DNA of 64,000 bases, taken from the NCBI GenBank assembly GCA_003526375.1, contig DPDG01000052.1, positions 4,139 to 68,138 on the forward strand. Direction: 5' to 3'. Below, piece by piece: positions 9,912 to 19,192 of the stretch (positions are counted from its first letter, which is position 1; each line of letters begins with the position of its first letter). The DNA is from Lentisphaeria bacterium. Its GTDB lineage: Bacteria; Verrucomicrobiota; Lentisphaeria; Victivallales; UBA1829. A program made the position numbers and the translations under genes. The notes beneath the pieces are model-generated. The model had not been told where the DNA came from, made no database searches, and saw nothing but the letters and a program-made list of their open reading frames with translations.

Positions 9912-10674
9912 CCGAGAGCCTGCGGAACTCCTCCCAGTAGCGGCGTCCGAGTTCATGCTGGCTTTCCGTGGAAAAGTGAAGCCTGTCGCCTCTGTCGGCA
10001 AGATCGGAGGTCGGAACCCATCCCGTATGAGGGAGTTCTTCGGAGACCTCTCTGATCATGCGGTTGTAATCCGCCACGGGCCATGAGGGATTCAGAAAAC
10101 TTCCGAGTTCCCCCAGAATGAACGGAATTTCCGGCAGATCAAGGTCTTTCCGGAAATTCATCACGACCTGTTTCAGCTTATCCTTGTAACCGGGAGTCTG
10201 CTGGCTGGCGTCGGTCTCCCCCTGATGCCAGAGGACTGCGGCAATCCGCCCGCTTTTCATTGCCTCCCGGGCGAGCTTGAGGCTGTCGTCATAAGGATGT
10301 GCTTCGCTGTAAGGATCTTTCCCACCGGGCAGCCATGCCGCGATCGGGGTGCCGCCGATGGACGCGGGGATCAAGCCGATTTCGTATTCGGGAAAAAATT
10401 GTTTCATGTATTTCCCGAATGTCCGCCCCGGACCGACTCCCGCGCGCCGCCGGTCTCCGATGGTAAGCCCTTTTTCTTCAAACGGATCCCTGGAATCGAC
10501 AAGGCCGAGCATATTCAAGCGGTCGTAATTGAACGGATCAACGGCGGGAATCCATTTGAAATCGCGCCGGATTGCGGTCAGTCCGGGGATTTCCGTAATG
10601 TCTTCCTGTGTAAGATAACCGCGCCCGGACATATTGGACTGCCCTGCAAGCAGCACCAGTAGCTTGTGATTCAT
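9904..10674 (-). CDS. SGNH/DUF303-type carbohydrate (sialate-like) O-acetylesterase
   Basis: LLVLLAGQSNMSGRG nucleophile block and a WHQGETD block. Start taken at the internal Met (MNHKLLVLL). Confidence 0.75.
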   Translation of the reverse strand: MNHKLLVLLAGQSNMSGRGYLTQEDITEIPGLTAIRRDFKWIPAVDPFNYDRLNMLGLVDSRDPFEEKGLTIGDRRRAGVGPGRTFGKYMKQFFPEYEIGLIPASIGGTPIAAWLPGGKDPYSEAHPYDDSLKLAREAMKSGRIAAVLWHQGETDASQQTPGYKDKLKQVVMNFRKDLDLPEIPFILGELGSFLNPSWPVADYNRMIREVSEELPHTGWVPTSDLADRGDRLHFSTESQHELGRRYWEEFRRLSAI

Positions 10675-10743
10675 CTTGTGCTCCCGTAAAAAGAAAAACC
10701 GGACTTTTCCAAGCCCGGCTTTCTGTTGATTCAAATGCTTTGT

Positions 10744-11763
10744 TCAGTCCGCCCATTCCGTGATGGCGGCGACACATGCGCAGTCGACGATGTCATCGGC
10801 GGAGCATCCGCGGGAAACGTCCATGAAAGGCCTGCGGAGTCCCTGTGCCAGCGGTCCGATGGCAGTTGCGCCGGCGAGACGCTCGGTGGCTTTGTAAATG
10901 CTGTTGCCGCAGTTCAGATCGGGGAACACAAGCACGTTGCAGTGCCCGGCGATTTTGGAATCCGGCGCTTTTTTTGCGGCGATTTCAGGAAGAATGGCGG
11001 CGTCGAACTGAAGCTCGCCTTCGATTGCGAGATCGGGCGCGAGGGCTTTGGCTTTCGCGGTCGCTTCTACGACTTTTTCGATGATCGGGTCATGCGCGGA
11101 GCCTTTCGTCGAGCAACTGATCATACCGACTTTGGGTTCGCCGCCGACAAGGTCCTTGAATGTCTTGGCGGTCGTGACGGCGATCTCCGCAAGCTGATCC
11201 GCATTCGGGTTGATGTTCATGCCGCAGTCCGCATAGACGAATACACCGTTGTAGCCCCATTTGGTGTCAGGCATCTGCATGATGAAGCAGGAGGACGCCG
11301 TCTTGATGCCGGAAGCCGTCTTGAAAAGCTGGAGCGCGGGGCGTGTCTTGGACGCCGTGTTGTGATTGTACCCCTTGGGATTGCCGCCGCCGGAAACATA
11401 TCCGTGCGCATCGCCCGCCATGACCATGGTTGCGGAGAAGAAGCAGGTGTCCTTGAGAGCCGTGCGCGCCTGTTCCGGGGTCATGCCTTTTTTCTTGCGG
11501 AGTTCGCATACGAGATCGATATATTTCTGAAGATCGGGGGTTTTTTCTACATCGACGATTTCGACGCCGTCAAGGTTGATTCCGTTTTCAGCGGCGAGCT
11601 TGACGATTGCATCTGCGTCGCCGACGAGGATGGGTTTTGCATAGCCGGTCTGCACAAGCTTTTCAGCGGCTTTGAGGTTTCTCGGATCATCACTTTCCGT
11701 GAGACAGATTTTTTTTCCGAGCGTTTTCGCTTTCGCGCGGATTTGTTCCAGGACATTCGCCAT
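10744..11763 (-). CDS. pta: phosphate acetyltransferase (short form)
   Basis: 339 aa. N-terminal LTESDDPRNLKAAEKLVQTGYAKPILVGD and C-terminal RPFMDVSRGCSADDIVD are typical of the PTA_PTB family. Confidence 0.85.
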   Translation of the reverse strand: MANVLEQIRAKAKTLGKKICLTESDDPRNLKAAEKLVQTGYAKPILVGDADAIVKLAAENGINLDGVEIVDVEKTPDLQKYIDLVCELRKKKGMTPEQARTALKDTCFFSATMVMAGDAHGYVSGGGNPKGYNHNTASKTRPALQLFKTASGIKTASSCFIMQMPDTKWGYNGVFVYADCGMNINPNADQLAEIAVTTAKTFKDLVGGEPKVGMISCSTKGSAHDPIIEKVVEATAKAKALAPDLAIEGELQFDAAILPEIAAKKAPDSKIAGHCNVLVFPDLNCGNSIYKATERLAGATAIGPLAQGLRRPFMDVSRGCSADDIVDCACVAAITEWAD

Positions 11764-12104
11764 TTTTCAATTCCTTTGTTTTTATGTGAAAAGTTAGAAT
11801 ATTCCGTCCTATAACTTAACACATTTTTCCGGGGATTAAAGCCGGAAAACTCTCTTTTTGAGCAAAAAACATCAAAATCGAGCAAAAGATCGCAAAAATG
11901 AACTGCTTCGGGACGGTTCATCTTTTTCCGCATATTCGCTGCGTCGCAGCCATAAGTTCCCCGGAAAGGACAGAAAGAACGGGAAGACAGGAAAATTCAG
12001 CCTTGTTACGGTGTCCGGAGATGGCAGATTCTCTTTTTTTTGAAAGAAAATCAGATTTTCTTCCGCTTTCCCTATTGCAATTTTTCTGAATTTGATTATA
12101 ATTA

Positions 12105-12120
12105 AATATAACGTTATATT
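12105..12120. promoter_or_regulatory. candidate LacI-family operator
   Basis: Perfect 16-bp palindrome AATATAACGTTATATT with a central CG, ending 18 nt upstream of the LacI start at 12138. Confidence 0.5.
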
Positions 12121-12137
12121 AAACCTGTGAAAAGATA

Positions 12138-13166
12138 ATGAGACAGCAGAACGGAAAAGTGAGACTGGCTGATATCGCCGCTGAGGTGGGGGTATCGGTA
12201 ATGAGCGTGGCAAGCGTGGTCAACAGTGCCGGGAAGAATTCAGTCAAGGTCAGCGAGGCGACCGCCCGGCGGATTCTGGAAGCCTGTAAACGGCTGAACT
12301 ACCAGCCGAATATGAACGCGCGTGCTTTGCGGGGAACCCCGTTGAAGCTGATCGGTGTGCTGGTTGACAGTCAGGCGGGGCAGGCTGTTCGTCTGCTGGT
12401 CTCGGAACTGGAGCGCGTGACCGCCGCCGAAGGTTATCTTCTGCTGGTCGCACAGGCGCATGACAATATTGAACAGCTCTACAAAGCGTATCAGGTTCTG
12501 CTGCAGCATGGCGTTTCCGGCGTGATCTGCCTCAGCCATGATTATCCGAACGGGCATGACGAGCTGGAGAAGTATTTCGGGAATGCGGAAAAGATCGTCT
12601 TTCTGGCGGACCCCGGACTGGAGGGGCAGCCTTTTGTGGCTCTGGATCGTATTTCCGCCGTTTCCGCTGCCGTTTCCGCCATGCGTGAAAACGGTTCGGA
12701 CCGGATCGGATTGTGCATTGCCGATGATAATCTGAATTACAGTGTGGCAGTGGTGGAGGGATACCGGAAAGGGCTTGCCTGCCTGCCCGAATATATTTAC
12801 CGTTATACGCCGCCGTTCTGCGACGCGGCAGCCATTGAGCGGCTTATGTGCGGTATGATTGACGGTTTCATCCTGCCGAATGGACTGAACGGAATCATCG
12901 GCATGAATGATTATTGCATTGCCGCGCTTCTTCAGCAGTTGACCGGACGCGGAATACGGGTTCCCGGGGAGATCCAGTTATGCGGATATGACAACGAATT
13001 GTTCTGTAATTTCACGGTGCCCGCCTTGAGTTCCATTTCGGGAAACATCCGTGGGCGCGCGGATGCGTTGCTCAGGACTCTGCTGGAGCTGCTGGAGGGG
13101 AAAAAGCCGGAGAAACGGATCGTGAAGGCGGAATTTATTCCCAGGGGAAGCATGAGAAATGTCTGA
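12138..13166 (+). CDS. LacI-family transcriptional regulator
   Basis: N-terminal HTH (VRLADIAAEVGVSVMSVASVVN) plus a periplasmic-binding-protein-like sugar-binding core; 342 aa. Confidence 0.85.
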   Translation: MRQQNGKVRLADIAAEVGVSVMSVASVVNSAGKNSVKVSEATARRILEACKRLNYQPNMNARALRGTPLKLIGVLVDSQAGQAVRLLVSELERVTAAEGYLLLVAQAHDNIEQLYKAYQVLLQHGVSGVICLSHDYPNGHDELEKYFGNAEKIVFLADPGLEGQPFVALDRISAVSAAVSAMRENGSDRIGLCIADDNLNYSVAVVEGYRKGLACLPEYIYRYTPPFCDAAAIERLMCGMIDGFILPNGLNGIIGMNDYCIAALLQQLTGRGIRVPGEIQLCGYDNELFCNFTVPALSSISGNIRGRADALLRTLLELLEGKKPEKRIVKAEFIPRGSMRNV

Positions 13167-13246
13167 CTTATGGAAAATACTGAATATGAATTCAAAGGAG
13201 GCTGCCATGAGGAAAAAAGAGAAATTAAAACAGGGAGGAAACTGAG

Positions 13247-14161
13247 ATGAGCTGTTTCAAGATGAAATTCACATTGATAGAGTTCTTGATGAGTAAAATC
13301 TGTAAAAGGAGTGTTCCGCTCCGGCATTGTCGATTTGCGCCCTGCGAGGCTTTTTCTTTCTTTATTCGATGGATCAAATGTCTGCCCGGTTCTTCCACCC
13401 TCCATGTCCCCTCTCCGATATTCTTATTTCGCAGGATAGGAACAGGAATTTTCACCCTGATAGAGCTCTTGATTGTAATTGCGATCATTGCGATTCTTGC
13501 GGCGCTGCTTCTGCCTGCATTGGGGAAGGCGCGGGACAAAGCGCAGTCGATCCGGTGTGTCGGCAATCTGAAACAGCTTGGAACCGCCTGTACTGTATAT
13601 ACCGTTGATTATAATGATTATCTGCCTTTGGCGATGGTGAGGAAACCGCACGTGCTGACCGGTTCCGGCTATGAGGGCACCGGCTGGATGGTCTACATCT
13701 ATGAATATGCCACCGGAAAAAGTTTTCCGTGGCCGCTTGCCGCCGGTGAAGCTTTTTCGAAGATTTATATCTGCCCGAGCGGACCGGAACAGGTGGTCAA
13801 ACAGCTCGGCAATGCCCAATGCGATTTCACCAATTACTGTTACAGCGCGCATATCGGAAAGGAACCCGGAGGAGGGTTCTTTTCTTCCGGCGCCGAGTGG
13901 TACAACCCGCTCAAAGTGACGAACTCCAAAATAACCTCGAAACTGGTCGTCATTGCCGATGGGCGTTCGCGCTCGAAAGCGCAGTGGTGGATGTGTTTCG
14001 AGACGAATCAGGCGCTGGAACGGGGGCTGGACGGGCATCTTGACAAGCGGCACAATAAAGCCGTCAACCAGCTGTATGTCGATGGACGGGTCGGCACGGA
14101 GCGTCCCGCCCAGTTGGATGCTGAGACGTTTAATGCAATGTATTTGTTTGTCAAACACTGA
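13247..14161 (+). CDS. prepilin-type N-terminal cleavage/methylation domain protein (DUF1559-like pseudopilin)
   Basis: [46 protein letters not shown] at residues 67-112. Carries an unusually long leader containing a second, degenerate FTLIEFL motif. Start uncertain (13247, 13262 or 13289). Confidence 0.8.
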   Translation: MSCFKMKFTLIEFLMSKICKRSVPLRHCRFAPCEAFSFFIRWIKCLPGSSTLHVPSPIFLFRRIGTGIFTLIELLIVIAIIAILAALLLPALGKARDKAQSIRCVGNLKQLGTACTVYTVDYNDYLPLAMVRKPHVLTGSGYEGTGWMVYIYEYATGKSFPWPLAAGEAFSKIYICPSGPEQVVKQLGNAQCDFTNYCYSAHIGKEPGGGFFSSGAEWYNPLKVTNSKITSKLVVIADGRSRSKAQWWMCFETNQALERGLDGHLDKRHNKAVNQLYVDGRVGTERPAQLDAETFNAMYLFVKH

Positions 14162-14181
14162 ATATATGAAAGGATGATGGA

Positions 14182-16170
14182 ATGAAAAAACTGTTCACCG
14201 TATTGATGCTCCTTCTTGCGGGAGCCGTAACCGTCTCTGCCGGAAATCTGTTCCCTGATCCGGGAATCCGGCAGAAACAGAAATGGAGCCTGCCGGAGGG
14301 ATTCAGGATTACAGCCGATGCGTCCCGCCCCGGAGACAATATGATGATGGCGGAACGGTCGGATTCTGCAAAATACACGGTTGCAAGGTATTATCTGAAG
14401 CTGAAACCAGGTGCGTATAAGTTGACTTTAGAGGCACGTTCGGAGAATCTGAAAGGCAGCATGGCGGCATGTGCCGAGTTCCATTCCCGGGACGGGAAGT
14501 ATCTCGACGGCGGCATTTATCCTGGAAAAGGACACAGCCCGAAGTGGACGGAGATCAGCGGCGAGTTTCAGGTGCCGGAGAATGCCGCGAGCGTCACCGT
14601 GGGATTGTATCTGTGGCGGGCAAGCACCGGCAGGGCATGGTTCCGGAACATTCGTATCGAACCGATTACCCAGACTTCCGTCTATCTGCTGGTCCCGGCC
14701 CAGCCGAATATCATCCGGGAGGGTGGGAATGAGCTGATTTTCGGTGCGTTTCATTCCACGCCTGGGCTTAAGCTGAACAGTGTTGTGGAATTCTTTGCCG
14801 GTGGAAAGAAGGCTGCGGAATTTACGGCTCCCGTAAAAGGGGAACGCATCTCCGGCGTGATGAATCTGCCGGCGACGAAGCAGGGAATGTTCAAAGTGAC
14901 CATGAGAGATGCGGACGGAAAAACGGTGGATGTCACAAAGATTCCTGCGCAGGTGCTTCCGGCGTCATTCAAAGCGCCTGCGAACGCTTCCGTTCTGGAC
15001 CGGCGGGGACGTCTCCGGGTGAACGGCAGAAAGTTTTTTCCGCTTGGCCTGTTCATGAACCATTATGACGCGCGTTTCCTGAAAAACGATCATAATCTGT
15101 TGCCGAAGGATCTGGAAATTATCGGAAAATCACCTTTCAACTGCATCATGCCTTACGATGCCCTGCGCTGGAAAGAGGGGGAGATCGTCGGCAGAACGAC
15201 CACCCGTGAACAGATCCGCGGAATCATGGATCTTTGCAGTAAAAACGGCATAAAGGTGATCTTTTCCGTGATGGATGTGGTGCAGAAGAAGCCGTGGTGG
15301 ACGAATTACGGCGGCGCGGGCGGGGAAAAGGAGGCGCTTGAAAAGATCATCGGCGACTTCAAGGATCATCCGGCGCTGCTGGCATGGTATACGTTTGACG
15401 AAGCGCCGCTTTCGCAGCGGGATTACCAGCGGGGACGCTGCCGGCTCATCAACCGCCTTGACCCGTGGCATCCGACGTGGATGGTGCACTGCAATCCGGC
15501 GCGTAACAGCGCGATGCTCGGAGGTGTCGCCAATGTTTACGGAACTGATCCCTATCCGATCAACCGGGGCAGTGCCGATACGAACCATCAGAATGCCTTG
15601 ATCGCATGGACGGAGCTGACGATGAACATCTGCAGGGTTCCCCGCGGCGGAGCGCTCTGGAACTGTCCGCAGATTTACAACGACGGCCATTACAAAGCCG
15701 CCGGAGACAAAGTGAAAGACCATCATCTGTACCAGTATCCGACGGAACAGGAGATGCGTTCCATGGTGCTCATGCAGCTGATCATGGGAGTGAAAGGCAT
15801 GATCATGTATTCCTATTTTGATCTTTTCAGCGGACCGGAGGGCAGGAAGGAATTTGACCGGCGCTGGCCTGAGATATGCCGTGTTGCAAAACTGGTTTCG
15901 GAGCTGGGGGATTATGTGCTGGGGGATGAGGACGGATGCCGTTTCACATGGAAGCAGACTGCCGGAACAGTGAAGGCGGCGTCATTCAAGGCGGATGACG
16001 GACGTGAGGCGGTATTGATTTCCGCTTCCGGTCCCGGAACGTCCGGCGCCGAGTTGGAGTTGCCGGGACGCTGGGCATCCCGTTACGGCAGAACGGTGCG
16101 GAATGCGCGGGGAGTCTGGGTGTTCCACGGTAAAAATATGGATGGCGATGTGCTGTTCAGAATCAGGTAA
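14182..16170 (+). CDS. secreted putative glycoside hydrolase (CBM-like beta-sandwich plus TIM-barrel-like region)
   Basis: Signal peptide MKKLFTVLMLLLAGAVTVSA and an N-terminal CBM4/9-like segment. The LLAWYTFDEAP block resembles TIM-barrel GH catalytic strands. The family is not identified. Confidence 0.5.
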   Translation: MKKLFTVLMLLLAGAVTVSAGNLFPDPGIRQKQKWSLPEGFRITADASRPGDNMMMAERSDSAKYTVARYYLKLKPGAYKLTLEARSENLKGSMAACAEFHSRDGKYLDGGIYPGKGHSPKWTEISGEFQVPENAASVTVGLYLWRASTGRAWFRNIRIEPITQTSVYLLVPAQPNIIREGGNELIFGAFHSTPGLKLNSVVEFFAGGKKAAEFTAPVKGERISGVMNLPATKQGMFKVTMRDADGKTVDVTKIPAQVLPASFKAPANASVLDRRGRLRVNGRKFFPLGLFMNHYDARFLKNDHNLLPKDLEIIGKSPFNCIMPYDALRWKEGEIVGRTTTREQIRGIMDLCSKNGIKVIFSVMDVVQKKPWWTNYGGAGGEKEALEKIIGDFKDHPALLAWYTFDEAPLSQRDYQRGRCRLINRLDPWHPTWMVHCNPARNSAMLGGVANVYGTDPYPINRGSADTNHQNALIAWTELTMNICRVPRGGALWNCPQIYNDGHYKAAGDKVKDHHLYQYPTEQEMRSMVLMQLIMGVKGMIMYSYFDLFSGPEGRKEFDRRWPEICRVAKLVSELGDYVLGDEDGCRFTWKQTAGTVKAASFKADDGREAVLISASGPGTSGAELELPGRWASRYGRTVRNARGVWVFHGKNMDGDVLFRIR

Positions 16171-16182
16171 GGGAATGGGATT

Positions 16183-17082
16183 ATGGAGATTTTGATTTGC
16201 GGGAGTGCGGCAGGCGAGGGTATTCCGTCGGCATTCTGCCGGTGCCGGGTCTGCCGGAATGCGAGAAAATCAGGCGGGTTCGACGCCCGGACCCGGACTG
16301 CCTACCAGATCGGGGAAGAAGTCCGGATTGATTTCGGTCCTGATTTTCTGGCGCAGGAGATCAGGCTCGGGTTTGATTCGGAAAAAATCCGGCATCTGTT
16401 CATTACGCATGATCATGCGGATCACTTTTACCCGGAGACCCTGAATCACCGCCGCCCGGCTTACTCCAAAGTTGCGCCGGGGCGGATTCTGAAAGTATAC
16501 TGCAATGAAGCCGTGGAGCGTGCGGCTATGGCGCATCCGGTCATCGGGGAGGGGATTGAAATCCTGCAGATGGAATTTGTCCGCCTGAAAGCCTGGGAGC
16601 CTGTCGTGTTGAGGGAGGAGAGAATGACATTGACTCCGCTTCCGGCTTATCATGCGCCGGAGCAGGAGGCGTTTTTCTTCGATGTGCGGAGCGATTCCGG
16701 CGAGGAATGGCTCATTGCCAACGATACCGGATTTTTTTCCGAACCTGTCTGGGAGTGGCTTGGGAAACGGAAGTTCGACGGAGTGATCCTGGACTGTACG
16801 TTCGGGCTCCTGCCGGATGACTATCCTTACCACATGGGTGCGGGAAAGAACCTGCTTGTTCTGCGGAGAATGCGGGAATGCGGCATGTTGAAACCGGATG
16901 CACGGGTTGTTGCAAACCATTTTTCCCATAACTGCGGCAATACGCACCGTGAATTGTACGAGTTTTTCAAACCATATGGAATTGAGACGGGATATGACGG
17001 TATGAGACTGGAAAGCCTGTGCCGCTGTCTTGCCGGAGAGAGCGTTCCGCATCCAGCCGTTGCGTATGAGGTTGAAACCTGA
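16183..17082 (+). CDS. MBL-fold metallo-hydrolase (PhnP/PqqB-like)
   Basis: HxHxDH motif (ITHDHADH) and an N-terminal CRCRVC cysteine cluster. Confidence 0.7.
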   Translation: MEILICGSAAGEGIPSAFCRCRVCRNARKSGGFDARTRTAYQIGEEVRIDFGPDFLAQEIRLGFDSEKIRHLFITHDHADHFYPETLNHRRPAYSKVAPGRILKVYCNEAVERAAMAHPVIGEGIEILQMEFVRLKAWEPVVLREERMTLTPLPAYHAPEQEAFFFDVRSDSGEEWLIANDTGFFSEPVWEWLGKRKFDGVILDCTFGLLPDDYPYHMGAGKNLLVLRRMRECGMLKPDARVVANHFSHNCGNTHRELYEFFKPYGIETGYDGMRLESLCRCLAGESVPHPAVAYEVET

Positions 17083-17083
17083 A

Positions 17084-17245
17084 TTACTTTTTGTGCCTGA
17101 TTGTCCGGGGAAAGGTGGAATCGCGGAGGATCAGGCGGGTCGGGATTTTCAGAATTGTTTTATGGGAAGGCGCATCGTTGATTTCCGTGAGAAGCTGTCT
17201 GATCGCAACGGAAATCATGTCGCGTCGCTTCTTCATCTTGAATAA
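17084..17245 (-). pseudogene. C-terminal fragment of a LacI-family regulator
   Basis: The minus-strand translation RRDMISVAIRQLLTEINDAPSHKTILKIPTRLILRDSTFP* looks like a LacI-family C-terminus (..L.P.LI.R.ST). No upstream remainder exists; AT-rich DNA starts at ~17246. Confidence 0.4.
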
Positions 17246-17316
17246 GTGATATTCAAAATATTTTCCAATTTTTATTGTTTTTGATTTGCAAAATGGAAAA
17301 ACAGGAATATTATTTA

Positions 17317-17334
17317 TAATAAAGCGTTTTATTA
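17317..17334. promoter_or_regulatory. candidate LacI-family operator
   Basis: 18-bp near-palindrome TAATAAAGCGTTTTATTA (one mismatch), ending 12 nt upstream of the LacI start at 17347. Confidence 0.45.
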
Positions 17335-17346
17335 AAAGAGGAAGAT

Positions 17347-18480
17347 ATGAGGACATCCCGTACAGCGAGATTGATTGATGTTGCAAAGGCTGCCGGCGTA
17401 TCGTTAGGTGCGGCATCTACCGTAATTAATGGCGGCAAGACGTCCATTCAGGTAGGAGAAGAAAGCAGACGGCGTATTCTGGAGGCTGCAAGACAGCTTA
17501 AATACCGTCCAAACTTGACAGCACGGGCTCTTTCCGGAAAGTCAACCCGGCTGATTGGAATCGTCAATGCGGTTATTTCGCAATATTCCAGCGCCGTTTT
17601 TGTAAATCATATTCTTTCTGTTGCAGCAAATTATGACTATCATACTTTACTGGATATTGTTCACGTCGGTAATCATGTTATATTTGACAAGGGAGTAGAA
17701 GGGCTTGAGAATCTGCTGGCACGGCATCCGGATGGCCTGATTTTCATGGGAATACCGGATCAGGAGGTAATGAAGCATACTACCGTTCCGAATGTCACAA
17801 TCGGCTTCAAAGATAATCGGCATTCTGATTTTTCCTTTGATTTGGAGGCTGGCGGATATATGGCGGGACTTCATCTTGCAAAACACGGACGGAGGCGGGT
17901 TCTTTTTATCTGCACCAGTCAGGACGCCAATAAGGAAAAACTGTTTGGTTTGCGGCGTGCCTGGCAGGAGTCCGGTTTTGCCCCGGATGCCGTTGTTGTG
18001 ATAGAGAGAGTGTTGAATGATATTTATGGCGTTGAAGATCTTATCCTTCGGGAGATTGAGAATGGCGCCGATGCCGCGTTTTGTTCCAACGACTTTCTTG
18101 CGGCACGTCTTCTTGCATTCCTGCATGACAGGAAAATTCATGTGCCGCAAGAGATTGCTGTTATCGGTTTTGACGGTGATATTTTCAGCAGTATTATTAC
18201 CCCCTCGCTTACAACTGTTGTACAGCCTTTTCAGGAATGTGCGGAGCGTGCGGTAAAATTGTTAATTGAACGAATTGAAGGAAAGGAGAGTGGAAGGAAA
18301 AGAAGGAAGAATATTAAATTATTGCCCGGTTTCTTTACCGGACAAAGCTGCGGTTGCGAGACAGGAGTATTGCCAATTGCAGGCTGGAGTCGGGATATGC
18401 TCTTTTTAGAGGAGTTTTTCGGGAAACGTATCAGTAAATATGAGGATTTCATTTTGCAGCACCAGATGAAAAAGGAGTGA
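17347..18480 (+). CDS. LacI-family transcriptional regulator
   Basis: [26 protein letters not shown] plus a sugar-binding core; 377 aa. Confidence 0.85.
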   Translation: MRTSRTARLIDVAKAAGVSLGAASTVINGGKTSIQVGEESRRRILEAARQLKYRPNLTARALSGKSTRLIGIVNAVISQYSSAVFVNHILSVAANYDYHTLLDIVHVGNHVIFDKGVEGLENLLARHPDGLIFMGIPDQEVMKHTTVPNVTIGFKDNRHSDFSFDLEAGGYMAGLHLAKHGRRRVLFICTSQDANKEKLFGLRRAWQESGFAPDAVVVIERVLNDIYGVEDLILREIENGADAAFCSNDFLAARLLAFLHDRKIHVPQEIAVIGFDGDIFSSIITPSLTTVVQPFQECAERAVKLLIERIEGKESGRKRRKNIKLLPGFFTGQSCGCETGVLPIAGWSRDMLFLEEFFGKRISKYEDFILQHQMKKE

Positions 18481-18484
18481 TGAT

Positions 18485-19192
18485 ATGAGACGGATTCATC
18501 TTAGATATTTTACATTGATTGAATTGTTAATCGTTATCTCAATTCTTGCAATTCTTGCGGCAATGCTGCTGCCGGCATTATCAAAGGCGCGGGCAAAGGC
18601 AAGACAGGTTGCCTGTCAGGGAAATCTGCGGCAGATCGGGATGGTAAACCATCTCTATACACTTTCCTATGACGGTTTCATTCCGGGATATCTGGAGGAT
18701 GTCTACCGTGCATCGGGGACCAATGCCAGAAGCTGGATTGATATGCTTTATGATTATCAGCTTCAAAATGAAAAAATATTTGAATGCAACGGAATGGAGA
18801 GCGTTATTCCCGGTGGTGTCAAGGGGATCAATTATGGTTTCAGGCGCGATGAAGGCGGAACCGGTAAACGTTTGGGGGACTATGGAGTCAATATTACCAA
18901 TGTAACCGGAAATGTCACGAAAGATAATAAACTTGTCCTGTACTATTACCGAAGGATTGACAGACTTCGGAATTCCTCCGGAACACTGATGGCATCAGAA
19001 GCAAGAAGCAGTGCCAACAGTACCTATCACATAAGCCGTGCCAAAGATAAGAAAACAGTCAATAATATTCGTATCGTGCATGGTAGATATATCAATCTCC
19101 TTTTCTTTGATGCACATGTCGTTCCTCGTTTATATAGTGATCTCCGCGTCCGGGCACAACAGGAAACAGCGATGTGGGAAGGACAATGGTAA
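18485..19192 (+). CDS. prepilin-type N-terminal cleavage/methylation domain protein (DUF1559-like pseudopilin)
   Basis: [52 protein letters not shown]. Starts 4 nt after the LacI stop. Confidence 0.8.
   Translation: MRRIHLRYFTLIELLIVISILAILAAMLLPALSKARAKARQVACQGNLRQIGMVNHLYTLSYDGFIPGYLEDVYRASGTNARSWIDMLYDYQLQNEKIFECNGMESVIPGGVKGINYGFRRDEGGTGKRLGDYGVNITNVTGNVTKDNKLVLYYYRRIDRLRNSSGTLMASEARSSANSTYHISRAKDKKTVNNIRIVHGRYINLLFFDAHVVPRLYSDLRVRAQQETAMWEGQW

Noticed and set aside
10726-11814. 362-aa ORF antisense to pta. Similar long antisense ORFs: 30149..31804-, 47602..49419+, 60127..61602-, 40917..42356-, 38934..40208-, 4120..5094-, 7378..8442-, 22572..23372-, 25938..26924-, 34350..35606-, 49515..50756-, 45339..46241+.
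   Set aside because: Each lies opposite a gene with unmistakable family motifs and has Arg/Gly/His-rich low-complexity translation. These are shadow ORFs typical of GC-rich DNA.
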